A DNA stretch of 63,985 bases, the filler included, from an uncultured bacterium (GTDB lineage: Bacteria > CAYSBA01), in the NCBI GenBank assembly GCA_964429075.1. It is 14 parts of 14 records of this genome, joined end to end, with 100 filler letters (N's around TTAATTAATTAA, not from the genome) between each part and the next. Parts side by side here need not be neighbours in the genome. Positions count along the whole stretch, not along the records: positions 18,896 to 23,485 come from CAYSBA010000143.1; positions 23,586 to 28,172 come from CAYSBA010000144.1; positions 28,273 to 32,852 come from CAYSBA010000145.1; 11 more parts are not named here. The stretch is one strand, 5' to 3'. Both the position numbers and the translations under genes were made by a program. The notes under the pieces were generated by a model that searched no databases, was not told the origin of the DNA, and worked only from the letters and a program-made list of their open reading frames with translations. Shown in pieces: positions 19,701 to 29,259 of this stretch (the first letter of the stretch is position 1; every line of letters begins with the position of its first letter).

Positions 19701-22025
19701 ATGAGAACAATACTAAAACTATTTATCCCTGTTTTACTTCTCTTTCTTTTAATAATATCCTGTACAAGAAGCGCAGTTTATCAAAAAGATCTGTTTGAGC
19801 CACCACTGTTACAGGGAGGGGATAATCTGTCAGAATATACTACCCTTGTGGGTAATATCAACTTTGGTGACACAGTGGAATACAGTACAGAAGAAAGAAC
19901 TAATGCCTATCTATTCGATTCAGACGGTACTAATTATCTTTATGTGCACATAGAGTCAGATGCAGATGCTGTAGGATTGTTTATATATGGACCAAGGGAT
20001 GAAAAGGGATATTTTGGAAGCCCCAGGGTTAAATCTGTTTCAATGTCCTCTGATGTATCGATTAGGGGCTTTAAGATTGAAGAAAATGGCACCTATTTAA
20101 TATTTATCATTTTTTCTTCTAAGAAAAATATTGTTGAATACAGATTGTCTTTGGGATGTGTTGGTAACTGTACAGAGCCTCCATGCGAAGATATTTCATG
20201 CGGCATATTCTGTGGCAGTGGAAGATTGGATCTTGACGAAAATTTCTGTCTGAGGAGGTGTAGGTGTGTTGATGCTGCATTGGACCAGAATAATAAATAT
20301 GGTGAAGATTGCACATCAATATGTGAATCTGAAAGTTATGATCCAGTATGTGGCATAGATGGTAAAACATATGCAAATATTTGTGAGTTAAAGTGTTATG
20401 GGGTACAGCTTGATCATGGTGGTGAGTGCAGCAGAGAATGTAACTTTGATACAGACTGTGGTCCTTATGAGAAATGTATTGATGGTAGTTGTGTGATCTT
20501 TGAATGTGATTGTCCTGATCAATGGGATCCAGTATGTGGTTCTGATGGATACAGCTACAAAAACAGGTGTGAATTGTTTTGCAGTGGTGCAACCTTTGTA
20601 TCTGAAGGTGTCTGCGCTGGTAACATGTGTCTGTCTGATCAAGACTGTGGCCAATCGCAATATTGCAAGATTCCCCAGGGATGTGATGGGACACAATGTA
20701 GCGGCATCTGTATGCCAAAGAATGATCAATGTCAGAATTTTGATTGTGCCGCAGGTTTTGTTGCTGTTTTTTCAAATGGTGAATGTAGATGTATTCCAGA
20801 TCCAGAATGTCCAACCATTTACTGTCCCTATGGCTGCAATTATATTGTAGATGAGTCAACAGGATGTCTCGACTGCTCATGTCTTTCTGATGGTGAATGT
20901 GCCCAGGATTCTGATTGTAAGGAGGGTGAGATCTGTCGTTATGACTTATGTCCAGCACCACCGTGTTTCCCGGGGACCTGTAGTCCGCCATATTGCAGCT
21001 CTTTTGTATATCCAGAGGATTACTGTGAATCTGGCATCTTAAAAAGATCTGGGAAGGACAATAAGGGTTGTCCAAGACCATTGAGTTGTATAGGCGCCGG
21101 ATGCGAGAATTCGTCTGATTGTGCAGAAACCCAGCTATGCATCGATGGAGATTGTTTACCGGCTGATTTCTGTCATGAAGATGTGGATTGTGAAGAAGGT
21201 AAAATATGTAACCTTTTTAATGATACATATGGAGTATGTGTTGTTGGTTGTAGAAAAGACAGTGACTGTGAGTCAGACAGGGTATGTGAAGATGGTCGTT
21301 GTAGAAAGAGGTGTGAGAATCAGAGTGATTGCGAAATCGGTGAGATATGCGACAAAGAACATAGACGTTGTAAAAGTGCGAGGTGTTTGAGTGACCAGGA
21401 TTGTCCTTCTGGATACAATTGTATAATGGTGGATGAGAACATCGGTATGTGTAATCCACAGTCAGAATACAGCTGCAATCCTTCAGGATGCTATGGAGAG
21501 ATCTGTAGTAGTGTACCTGTAACAGATCTTGAAGGATGTAACTGGCATGAGGAATACAACTGTCTGATATACTCTGAGTGTGTGCCCTATGGAGAGCATG
21601 ATTGTGCATGGAAATCTACAGAGTCTTTCTTAGATTGTCTGGCATCAACTGGATCTTTTGTTGGTGAGTGCAAAAACGATCTTGATTGTAATGCACCATT
21701 TGAATACTGTAACAATAATGTATGCGAGCCAAAGAGATGTGAATGCCCCGATAATATAGATCCTGTATGCTCTTCAGATCGAATATATATGAACTGGTGT
21801 CATATGGCCTGTGCTGAATGGATGGATAATCCTTACACCACATGCAGCAGTAATTCTTTAAACTGCAAGGAAGATAAAGATTGTCCATTTTCCTGGACAA
21901 TGTGCAGGCAATTTGAGAATGTGGCCTTCTGTGTACCAAAGCCATTTTGCACAACAGATATTGATTGTAAAAATGTAAAATGTGTTCACATATCTGCAGG
22001 CTCTGGCTACTGTGATAACAAATAG
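19701..22025 (+). CDS. Cys-rich surface lipoprotein with three Kazal domains, antistasin-like units, Dickkopf-like CxxDxDC repeats and an eight-cysteine-cluster-like domain
   Basis: Lipobox LLIISC; YDPVCGIDGKTYANIC, WDPVCGSDGYSYKNRC, IDPVCSSDRIYMNWC; repeated CxxDxDC; GCYGEIC. Confidence 0.8.
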   Translation: MRTILKLFIPVLLLFLLIISCTRSAVYQKDLFEPPLLQGGDNLSEYTTLVGNINFGDTVEYSTEERTNAYLFDSDGTNYLYVHIESDADAVGLFIYGPRDEKGYFGSPRVKSVSMSSDVSIRGFKIEENGTYLIFIIFSSKKNIVEYRLSLGCVGNCTEPPCEDISCGIFCGSGRLDLDENFCLRRCRCVDAALDQNNKYGEDCTSICESESYDPVCGIDGKTYANICELKCYGVQLDHGGECSRECNFDTDCGPYEKCIDGSCVIFECDCPDQWDPVCGSDGYSYKNRCELFCSGATFVSEGVCAGNMCLSDQDCGQSQYCKIPQGCDGTQCSGICMPKNDQCQNFDCAAGFVAVFSNGECRCIPDPECPTIYCPYGCNYIVDESTGCLDCSCLSDGECAQDSDCKEGEICRYDLCPAPPCFPGTCSPPYCSSFVYPEDYCESGILKRSGKDNKGCPRPLSCIGAGCENSSDCAETQLCIDGDCLPADFCHEDVDCEEGKICNLFNDTYGVCVVGCRKDSDCESDRVCEDGRCRKRCENQSDCEIGEICDKEHRRCKSARCLSDQDCPSGYNCIMVDENIGMCNPQSEYSCNPSGCYGEICSSVPVTDLEGCNWHEEYNCLIYSECVPYGEHDCAWKSTESFLDCLASTGSFVGECKNDLDCNAPFEYCNNNVCEPKRCECPDNIDPVCSSDRIYMNWCHMACAEWMDNPYTTCSSNSLNCKEDKDCPFSWTMCRQFENVAFCVPKPFCTTDIDCKNVKCVHISAGSGYCDNK

Positions 22026-22074
22026 GTCCTGCTTCAAGACTTTTTAATGGAAATTAACAAAATCTAAAAAAGGG

Positions 22075-22125
22075 TTGACATTTATAACGCACTGCGTTAT
22101 ATTACAAATGTAACGCAACGCGTAA
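22075..22125 (+). promoter_or_regulatory. Sigma70 promoter with two palindromic operator sites
   Basis: TTGACA(22075-80)-17 nt-TATATT(22098-103); palindrome TATAACGCA-C-TGCGTTATA (22083-22101); second copy TAACGCAACGCGTAA (22111-22125). Confidence 0.8.
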
Positions 22126-22146
22126 AACTCTTTTATGGAGGTTAAG

Positions 22147-22509
22147 ATGGAAAAGCGTGAAGAGAAAAGAAGGTTCTGGTGGAACCTTGAAGACATTCAA
22201 AATGCAAGGACACGTATCGAAGATGAAGCCAAACAGGTAATTGAAAAGCTAAAAAAGAGTGAAGAGGAGCTACTTGCACTTATCAAATACGAAGAGTTGC
22301 AGAAGGTACTCCAGCCCGCCCTCTACATTGAATCGGTAAAGAACATCAAATCTACATTTGAAAAGCTTACTCAGGCACAGATTGAGGCAATCCTATCCAG
22401 ATTCAACATTGCCACCAAGAATGATATAAATTCCATAAAGATCAGGTTAACCAACATCAACAAAAAGATCGACAAGATTATTAAAAAGCTCGAATCTGAT
22501 ACAAAATAA
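22147..22509 (+). CDS. Phasin-like (PHA granule-associated) coiled-coil protein
   Basis: SD GGAGG; amphipathic helices; C-terminal LSRFNIATKNDINSI..RL..I..KID motif typical of PhaF/PhaI-like phasins. Confidence 0.6.
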   Translation: MEKREEKRRFWWNLEDIQNARTRIEDEAKQVIEKLKKSEEELLALIKYEELQKVLQPALYIESVKNIKSTFEKLTQAQIEAILSRFNIATKNDINSIKIRLTNINKKIDKIIKKLESDTK

Positions 22510-22542
22510 GACATAAATCCTCCTTGCAGAGACAACCACACC

Positions 22543-22572
22543 AAAAGGGGAAGATTTTCTTCCCCTTTTTTT
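22543..22572 (+). terminator. Rho-independent terminator
   Basis: AAAAGGGGAAGA-TTT-TCTTCCCCTTTT stem followed by T-run, 33 nt after phasin stop. Confidence 0.88.
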
Positions 22573-22617
22573 ATTTCTGATATATATTACAGCTTGGTTG
22601 TTTATCAGGAGAGCAAA

Positions 22618-23485
22618 ATGCATATTCCAGATTATATGTTAAAGGGTAAAATATGTCCGGTGACAGCAGGATTGAGTCTCTCTGGTTTAGCCTGCTGCAC
22701 CTATCTATTAAAGAAAATCAGACCAAACTTTTCGAATAGTCTCTTCGCATCAGTAGCAGCATTAATTTTCACAATGCAGCTTTTAAATTTCCCAGTTGCA
22801 AATGGTACTTCAGGACATCTACTTGGTAGCATAATAGCAGTATCTTTACTTGGTGTACCAGGTGCAGTTTTGGCAATGGCCCTTGTAATAACCATTCAGG
22901 CACTTGTCTTTTCTGATGGAGGTCTTACTGTACTTGGTGCAAATATATTTAATATGGCCATTGTTGCAACTGGACTGGCTGGCCTTATATATAGAACCCT
23001 TAATAAAAAAAGCAGTAACAATGTGTTATCATCTTCTATTGCTGCCTTTATAGCTGTTTTACTTTCAGCCTTTCTGGTTACTGTTGAACTGTCACTTTCT
23101 GGTAGGATAAGCTTTTCTGTTGTATTTTATTCGATGATGCAGGTCCATTTCTTTGTTGCTATTGTTGAGGCTCTGGTCACGGGTATTTGTGTATATCTGC
23201 TTGCAAATAAAAGTGTATTTGCAAAAAAGAGAAAGGTTTCAAATTATATTGCGCTGAGTTCTATAATATCAATCTTCATGCTGCTACCCTTTGCTTCAAA
23301 TCTTCCGGATGGTTTGGAATACATTTCAGAAAAATATCAGCTCATAAATCAAAAGATGCCTGCATTCCGTGGACTTCTGAATGGGTATCATATTACATTC
23401 TTAGGGAATTCACTCTTTTCAACAATTTTGGCAGGACTTGTTGGAGTATCCCTTATATATATTGTTGCCTCAGTTACCCATAAAG
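22618..23485 (+). CDS. cbiM: ECF Ni/Co transporter substrate component, CbiM/NikM fused to PDGLE (NikN) domain; 3' end cut by contig end
   Basis: MHIPD N-terminus, GTSGHLLG, DGGLTVLGAN, LPDGLE. Confidence 0.9.
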
Positions 23486-23585
23486 NNNNNNNNNNNNNNN
23501 NNNNNNNNNNNNNNNNNNNNNNNNNNNNNTTAATTAATTAANNNNNNNNNNNNNNNNNNNNNNNNNNNNNNNNNNNNNNNNNNNN

Positions 23586-24008
23586 ATTTATCACGGGAGA
23601 GGTCAGGTTGTATATAGGAGATTTAGTGGCAAGGATAATAATCTTATCAGGGAATAACGATTTTTTATGATTGTATAAAGGAAATATCCAGCTTCCAACT
23701 GTAAGGTCCTTACACTCAGCATTCTCACCTGTACTCAGAAAGAGCTTTGTCTGGCTATTTATGACAACCGATAATGCTGCAGGTATAAATCTGTCACAGG
23801 TTTCATACTGGCCCCGACATGATGGTGAAGCCTTCATCAATCTAAGGGAAATCGTACCTGTTGCATCTTTCTTAATAATATCAGAAACGAGAAAGTAACC
23901 AGTAGATGTATTGCTTTTTTTCTCTCTACCAGAGATGTCTGAGACTATTGTTATACACAACATAAGAGTAACTAAATATATCCCTTTATCTTTTAATTTT
24001 CTAAACAT
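23586..24008 (-). CDS. Exported hypothetical protein downstream of pilY1, 3'-truncated
   Basis: Start overlaps pilY1 stop by 1 nt; N-terminal hydrophobic segment. Confidence 0.6.
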
Positions 24009-27000
24009 TACCTACTCTCCCAGTAGAGTGTCTTATACAACGACGATGTGCCTGATGCAGAAAGAACCTTTTTCTGGACTGCCGTACCACCTACATTTAC
24101 AAATGCCTTACCAGTACTGGTTACAGCCGGAGAAGATGCAGCCATCTGATTACTCCCTACCTTTACACCAACAGCCATCTTGCCGACACTAGAAATATAA
24201 CCAGAGCCACCTGATACATCAAAGACATCTTTGCCTTTTATACCTGCTCCGGTTTCGTATCTGACAATCATCAGGTATGAATCTCCTTGAGCATCACAGA
24301 ATGAACCATTAGAGACTGCCTTGGGTTTGTAGGTTGAAAAGTAGAACCTCTTAAACATTATCTGACCATCAACAACTACCCTTTCGCCAGGATCTGCACT
24401 CGGACCAAAGGGGACATTTGTAGATGCCACAGGAAATGTCCAGTACCAACCACGCTTATTGGCTGCAACTGTCTTTTGATTTGGATTTTCGTTAGAGAGA
24501 TATCGATATGTCTCACTTCCCAATGTTACTGTCTTTAATTCACCTCTTGATTCCAGTTTTGTAAAGGAAACAGTTGTTCCATCCTCATCAATTATCCCTG
24601 CCACCATCTGTGGACATTTTCCAAGGCTCCCGCTTATTGTCCCACCGGGACACTTCTGGTTAAAATTGGAGACATTCATATAGATATAAGGATCGTAATT
24701 ATCTGAAAAGTTAAGGTATCTACCCGTTCCAAACAAAATTATTGGATAAACACCAGATTTATTTGGATCTGGATCTCTAATATAAGATACAACAGGTTTC
24801 ATTGTTATTGGTCTGAAAAATCTTCTGTAAGAATAGGCCTGAGAAATGGTATATCCAGATTGTTGAGTAATCTCTGCGTATCCACCTGTTTTAAAGATGA
24901 GTTTCTTAGTATCAAGGAGAGTGGATGTGGTAGATCCTACATCTATCCTCCAGAGCCTTCCTGTTGAATCCCCAAAGTAAATATAGTCTACATAGTCGTC
25001 TCTTTTCATACTACTGTTGACCATATCAACAGGCACAGCCGATGTCAGGATGGCACCCTGCATTTCATTATAACTGGAACAACCGGAAAGATCTCTGATC
25101 AACTGGAGGGTAAATTTTCTTGCCTGATAGGTAGTCTGACTGCCACCCTCTTCGTCAACAATGATATAATAGATATCTGGAGTGTCTGTGATGTTAAGGG
25201 TTGTCTGAATAATCTCTCCATTTGTCGTACCAACCTGTTGATAGACACACTGGCCTGTCATTCCCCCCTTATAGATTGTTATTGATCCATACCAATCACC
25301 ATGAGGTGTGAACTTTAAATGAACCTTTTCTGTACATGAACGGTTGTTCCCAAGCACGACCTTTGCAACAAAATCGCGCCCTTTACCGGGTGTGGTAGCT
25401 GAACCACAGCTATATAGTTCATAATCATCACTGTAATTAGAAAGCTGATCTTTAATGACCATTCCGGGTGATACACACAGGGCACTACATACATACTCGC
25501 CAGGGTCATTGCATGTGGCAGATGGGACATCACCTGCACAATTACAGGGATAGGAATCACAACCAGGATATGTATAGGTGCTTCCACCAGCTGAGATAGG
25601 CTCTGCATCAAGGGTATTGCCTGTTGCAAGATCAACCGCAAAGATGTAGGGCCTTCTTAAGAGCAGCTTTGCTGTATTTTTCTCACCACCGCTACCTACA
25701 ATCATGACCCATTTTGGACTACCACCCACCTTGACTCTCGCTATAGCTGGCTGCCTGTCGGCCAGTCCTGCCCTCGAATCTGTCCAGGACCACAGATATT
25801 TTGGATTTAGAGGATCTGTCACATCAAGTGCATAGTATTTACTACCGTATTTTGTGCCGAAAAGAAGCAGGGTTTTCCAGGTCCCACCGATCTTTGCTGC
25901 GGTGACTGTAAGTGGCGCATCGGTAAGGGATAATCTCAGTTTTTCATATGCTATATTTGCATAGAACCTGGCGAGGGCTGGCAGCACATCTTCCGGGATA
26001 AATGCCCAGATTTCCTTTCCTGTATCTGCATTAAATGCATGAATCATACCATCGTTTGCTGGCAGGTAGATTACACCCTGCCTTGATGATTGAGCCTGTT
26101 TAAAGGCAGTATATCCAGATATATTATCGAATTTTTGATCCGGTGCTCCCCAGTATATCATATTTCCATGGGCTGAATCTCCAAGGACCCAGCTTGAACC
26201 AGCTAAATCTGTTCTTTTTCTGAATTTGGTTGTATTTGGTGCAATGGTCAGGGATTGGTTATCAGAGAGCTCAAGAGAATGATCACCTCTTACATAATTT
26301 ATCACATTGGATGCTGTAGTTACATCTGACAGTCCCATAGCGCTAAGGAGATTGTTTGCATTTGAACTGACAAAGTTTATCTTACCTTTGCCGGTTACAT
26401 AAGTCCAGATATTTCTGCCAGATACATTTGGACAGCTCTGTGATAGACACTCCTGGGTCTGCCATACAGTTGTTTTGTTAACGGTATCATAGGCCTTTAA
26501 TTTGCCAGCCCAGCTCTTTTGATTGAATTCATTGAGAAAAAGGATATCTTCGTTTGATGCATTGAGGGCGATCAATGAGACCGGCGATCCATATGATGAA
26601 ATGCTTATTGGATCAGTAAAGGTCCAGTATTCATAGAGATAGATAGGTCCTTTGTTGGGACTTGTTGAAGGTCCAAGCTTTATTTCTCTATAGACCTGGG
26701 CTATACCGTTGTCATAATAGTACTGATTGCTGCTACCGCCAGTGCTTTTTGTGTTGCATTTTGTACCTGTGTCAAGATAGGATTGAATCCCCTGTTTGTA
26801 TTGAAAATTCATGAGGGTACACCAGTTCTCAGACCAGTTATGGACCTGCTGGATCCAGCGGTCTGTGCAGCTTGTCGGTGGAGAAGGGCATGATGGTGGG
26901 TTGTTAACAGTATCTATGTCGCTCGGTGCTGGATTTATAGCTATTAATCCCTGGAAATATTGGAACCCTCCTGTACCACCAATGATGTCTGTCATTGTGC

Positions 27001-27649
27001 ATACATAACCAAATCCGTAGTCAAGCCCTGCTGTCATTGTATCCACACCGTGGATAAAGTTGAATTCAAAAGTATCTGGGACAGTCTCTAAGTGTTCGAT
27101 CTTCCAGACTATCTTAAACATATCAAGTCCTGAGACAGGGGTGATTGTCTCTGTGATCTTTAACCAGTAGTTTGATACACTGGGGTTGGTAATTGTTGCA
27201 GGGTCTTCAACCAGATAGACTACAATAACCTTATCTATGTGACCATCCGAATCGGTATCATAGGCAGTCTGACTGTCACATGTAAGGTAATATCTGTTTG
27301 AACTTGCAGAGATGCTTTCAAAGGATGATACACTGTCGGTATATAAAAGATGGGGAGAATATGTTGTCCCGCCTTTTGATATGATTTCGAGCATAATTGT
27401 ATTCGATGGACCGAGGATATCGGTATAGACCTGCGGTTCAATCCCCGTAAGTCCACTGTCTATAACAGGGAGTATATGACCACACGACATACTCTGAGAG
27501 TCTGACATAACGTAGATACTTCCATTACCAAGGGTACCAAAATTCTCTATTCTGGAAGTAGAGATTACCTGTGCAGTTAAATTTTTTACAGGGGTAAAAA
27601 GACTCAACAGGATATAGAGAAGTAGTATTTTTTTAACCACCAACTTCAT
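24008..27649 (-). CDS. pilY1: Type IV pilus tip adhesin PilY1/PilC-like protein
   Basis: Signal peptide; WAGKLKAY, INYVRGD, LGD, ANDGMIHAFNADTGKEIWAFIP, YALDVTDP, YFGDSTGRLWR, FGTG, GWY, C-terminal WESR. Confidence 0.88.
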   Translation of the reverse strand: MKLVVKKILLLYILLSLFTPVKNLTAQVISTSRIENFGTLGNGSIYVMSDSQSMSCGHILPVIDSGLTGIEPQVYTDILGPSNTIMLEIISKGGTTYSPHLLYTDSVSSFESISASSNRYYLTCDSQTAYDTDSDGHIDKVIVVYLVEDPATITNPSVSNYWLKITETITPVSGLDMFKIVWKIEHLETVPDTFEFNFIHGVDTMTAGLDYGFGYVCTMTDIIGGTGGFQYFQGLIAINPAPSDIDTVNNPPSCPSPPTSCTDRWIQQVHNWSENWCTLMNFQYKQGIQSYLDTGTKCNTKSTGGSSNQYYYDNGIAQVYREIKLGPSTSPNKGPIYLYEYWTFTDPISISSYGSPVSLIALNASNEDILFLNEFNQKSWAGKLKAYDTVNKTTVWQTQECLSQSCPNVSGRNIWTYVTGKGKINFVSSNANNLLSAMGLSDVTTASNVINYVRGDHSLELSDNQSLTIAPNTTKFRKRTDLAGSSWVLGDSAHGNMIYWGAPDQKFDNISGYTAFKQAQSSRQGVIYLPANDGMIHAFNADTGKEIWAFIPEDVLPALARFYANIAYEKLRLSLTDAPLTVTAAKIGGTWKTLLLFGTKYGSKYYALDVTDPLNPKYLWSWTDSRAGLADRQPAIARVKVGGSPKWVMIVGSGGEKNTAKLLLRRPYIFAVDLATGNTLDAEPISAGGSTYTYPGCDSYPCNCAGDVPSATCNDPGEYVCSALCVSPGMVIKDQLSNYSDDYELYSCGSATTPGKGRDFVAKVVLGNNRSCTEKVHLKFTPHGDWYGSITIYKGGMTGQCVYQQVGTTNGEIIQTTLNITDTPDIYYIIVDEEGGSQTTYQARKFTLQLIRDLSGCSSYNEMQGAILTSAVPVDMVNSSMKRDDYVDYIYFGDSTGRLWRIDVGSTTSTLLDTKKLIFKTGGYAEITQQSGYTISQAYSYRRFFRPITMKPVVSYIRDPDPNKSGVYPIILFGTGRYLNFSDNYDPYIYMNVSNFNQKCPGGTISGSLGKCPQMVAGIIDEDGTTVSFTKLESRGELKTVTLGSETYRYLSNENPNQKTVAANKRGWYWTFPVASTNVPFGPSADPGERVVVDGQIMFKRFYFSTYKPKAVSNGSFCDAQGDSYLMIVRYETGAGIKGKDVFDVSGGSGYISSVGKMAVGVKVGSNQMAASSPAVTSTGKAFVNVGGTAVQKKVLSASGTSSLYKTLYWESR

Positions 27650-28157
27650 TTACTACATACTCCTCGGCTACATGACGGCTCTTCCACTGTCCGTTTACCT
27701 TTTCCTGAAGAACCGACTTTATGCGATAGATCTTATTAGCACTTGTTGGTTGCTTTCTGCCGGCAAATTCTGCGCTGAACCCCACCTTTTCCTTGGAAGT
27801 CATTGAGACACCATTACCTACATTAGTTATTGTTATGACCAGCCTGACTTCATACGGACCTATAACATCACTTGGGGTTGGAAGTGTGGGGTTTGAATTT
27901 TTATCAATTATGTATTGGACCTTGCCGTAGAGTGTTCCTGGCATAGAAGAGCTGTTGGTAAGCATCTGTTGTTTTGCATATTCGAGACCAAACTCCACAT
28001 CAGCCATCATGGCCTTGTATTCTTTTATATTAGTGATCGATTTTGTCTCCAAAATAGAGGTATCGATAAGAGCATAGCCTATTATCATCACAATCATTGA
28101 GATCATCATTGTTACAATAAGAATAAATCCTTTTTGCTTTTTAACTGCTTTATTCAT
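27633..28157 (-). CDS. Minor pilin, PilX-like
   Basis: Class III prepilin site KQKG|FILIV lacking Glu+5 (PilX trait); directly upstream of and overlapping pilY1. Confidence 0.75.
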   Translation of the reverse strand: MNKAVKKQKGFILIVTMMISMIVMIIGYALIDTSILETKSITNIKEYKAMMADVEFGLEYAKQQMLTNSSSMPGTLYGKVQYIIDKNSNPTLPTPSDVIGPYEVRLVITITNVGNGVSMTSKEKVGFSAEFAGRKQPTSANKIYRIKSVLQEKVNGQWKSRHVAEEYVVNEVGG

Positions 28158-28272
28158 ATTACTTAAGATAGTNNNNNNNNNNNNNNNNNNNNNNNNNNNN
28201 NNNNNNNNNNNNNNNNTTAATTAATTAANNNNNNNNNNNNNNNNNNNNNNNNNNNNNNNNNNNNNNNNNNNN

Positions 28273-28566
28273 TTCAAAAGGGCATATGATATGGCATATG
28301 TACAAAAGGGCCTACTTGCATCAGCTATAGAGCTTGTAAAAAAGGGAGGCATTATTCTATATTCTGTCTGTTCTTTTATAAAGGATGAGACTGATAGGGT
28401 GCTTGAGTGTTTTAAAAAGGATGTCGATATATTATCGATACAATATTTTGAAAAATTATCCGAAATGGGACATCTGATAAAGACAGATTGTGGATATCTT
28501 ACCAGACCAAGCGAGGAGAATTCAATATATGATATCCTATTTTTTTCAGTTATGAAAAGGAGGTAA
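28273..28566 (+). CDS. rsmB: 16S rRNA m5C methyltransferase RsmB/NOP family, C-terminal fragment
   Basis: Q..LL..A..LVKKGGIILYSVCS motif; upstream of rpe, a common gene order. Confidence 0.75.
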   Translation, partial: FKRAYDMAYVQKGLLASAIELVKKGGIILYSVCSFIKDETDRVLECFKKDVDILSIQYFEKLSEMGHLIKTDCGYLTRPSEENSIYDILFFSVMKRR

Positions 28567-28568
28567 CA

Positions 28569-29222
28569 ATGGTAAAGTTGACTCCATCAATACTTGATGC
28601 TGATTTTCTTGGTCTAAAGGAGATACTTATCGAGATAGAAAAGGAAGGTATTGACTGGCTACACCTTGATGTTATGGATGGACATTTTGTGCCAAACTTG
28701 ACCTTTGGTCCACCGGTTGTGAGATCTTTGAGAAAAAATTTTACCGGTATCCTGGATGCTCACTTGATGGTGGATACACCAGAAAGATTTATTGATGGCT
28801 TTGTAAAGGCCGGTGTTGATTATATAACGATTCATCTGGAAGCAGACAGACACATTCATCGTTCCCTTTCAGATATAAAAAGAAAGGGTCTAAAAGCGGG
28901 TGTGGCAATCAATCCCGGAACACCTGTGATTATGGTAGAACCACTGCTTGAGATTGTTGATCTTGTCCTTATCATGAGTGTAAACCCGGGTCTTGGAGGC
29001 CAGTCTATAATAGAAGGATGTCTTGAAAAGATAGATTATTTAAAGGAGAAAAAAAGGGGTGGGGATTTATCCTTTCAAATCCAGATAGATGGAGGTATAA
29101 AGCTTGATAATATAGACAGGGTCATCGATACTGGAGTTGATCTTGTGGTTGTTGGGTCTGCCATTTTTAAACAAAAAGATCCAAAAGGAGCAATCCGTGC
29201 ATTTAAGAAAAGATTGAAATAG
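28569..29222 (+). CDS. rpe: Ribulose-phosphate 3-epimerase
   Basis: PSIL.ADF, HLDVMDGHFVPNLTFG, MSVNPG.GGQ, IDGGI. Confidence 0.97.
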   Translation: MVKLTPSILDADFLGLKEILIEIEKEGIDWLHLDVMDGHFVPNLTFGPPVVRSLRKNFTGILDAHLMVDTPERFIDGFVKAGVDYITIHLEADRHIHRSLSDIKRKGLKAGVAINPGTPVIMVEPLLEIVDLVLIMSVNPGLGGQSIIEGCLEKIDYLKEKKRGGDLSFQIQIDGGIKLDNIDRVIDTGVDLVVVGSAIFKQKDPKGAIRAFKKRLK

Positions 29223-29259
29223 ATTCATTTAACTACAAAAGTGTTAACATAAAAGGAGA

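Noticed and set aside
20119-21081. 320-aa antisense ORF and other ORFs overlapping the Cys-rich gene
   Set aside because: His/Ile/Thr-rich shadow frames caused by TGT/GAT codon bias on the coding strand; no recognisable motifs.
22510-22617. Cobalamin or NiCo riboswitch upstream of cbiM/nikMN
   Set aside because: The region is about 100 nt, largely the phasin terminator, with no B12-box or multi-stem structure.
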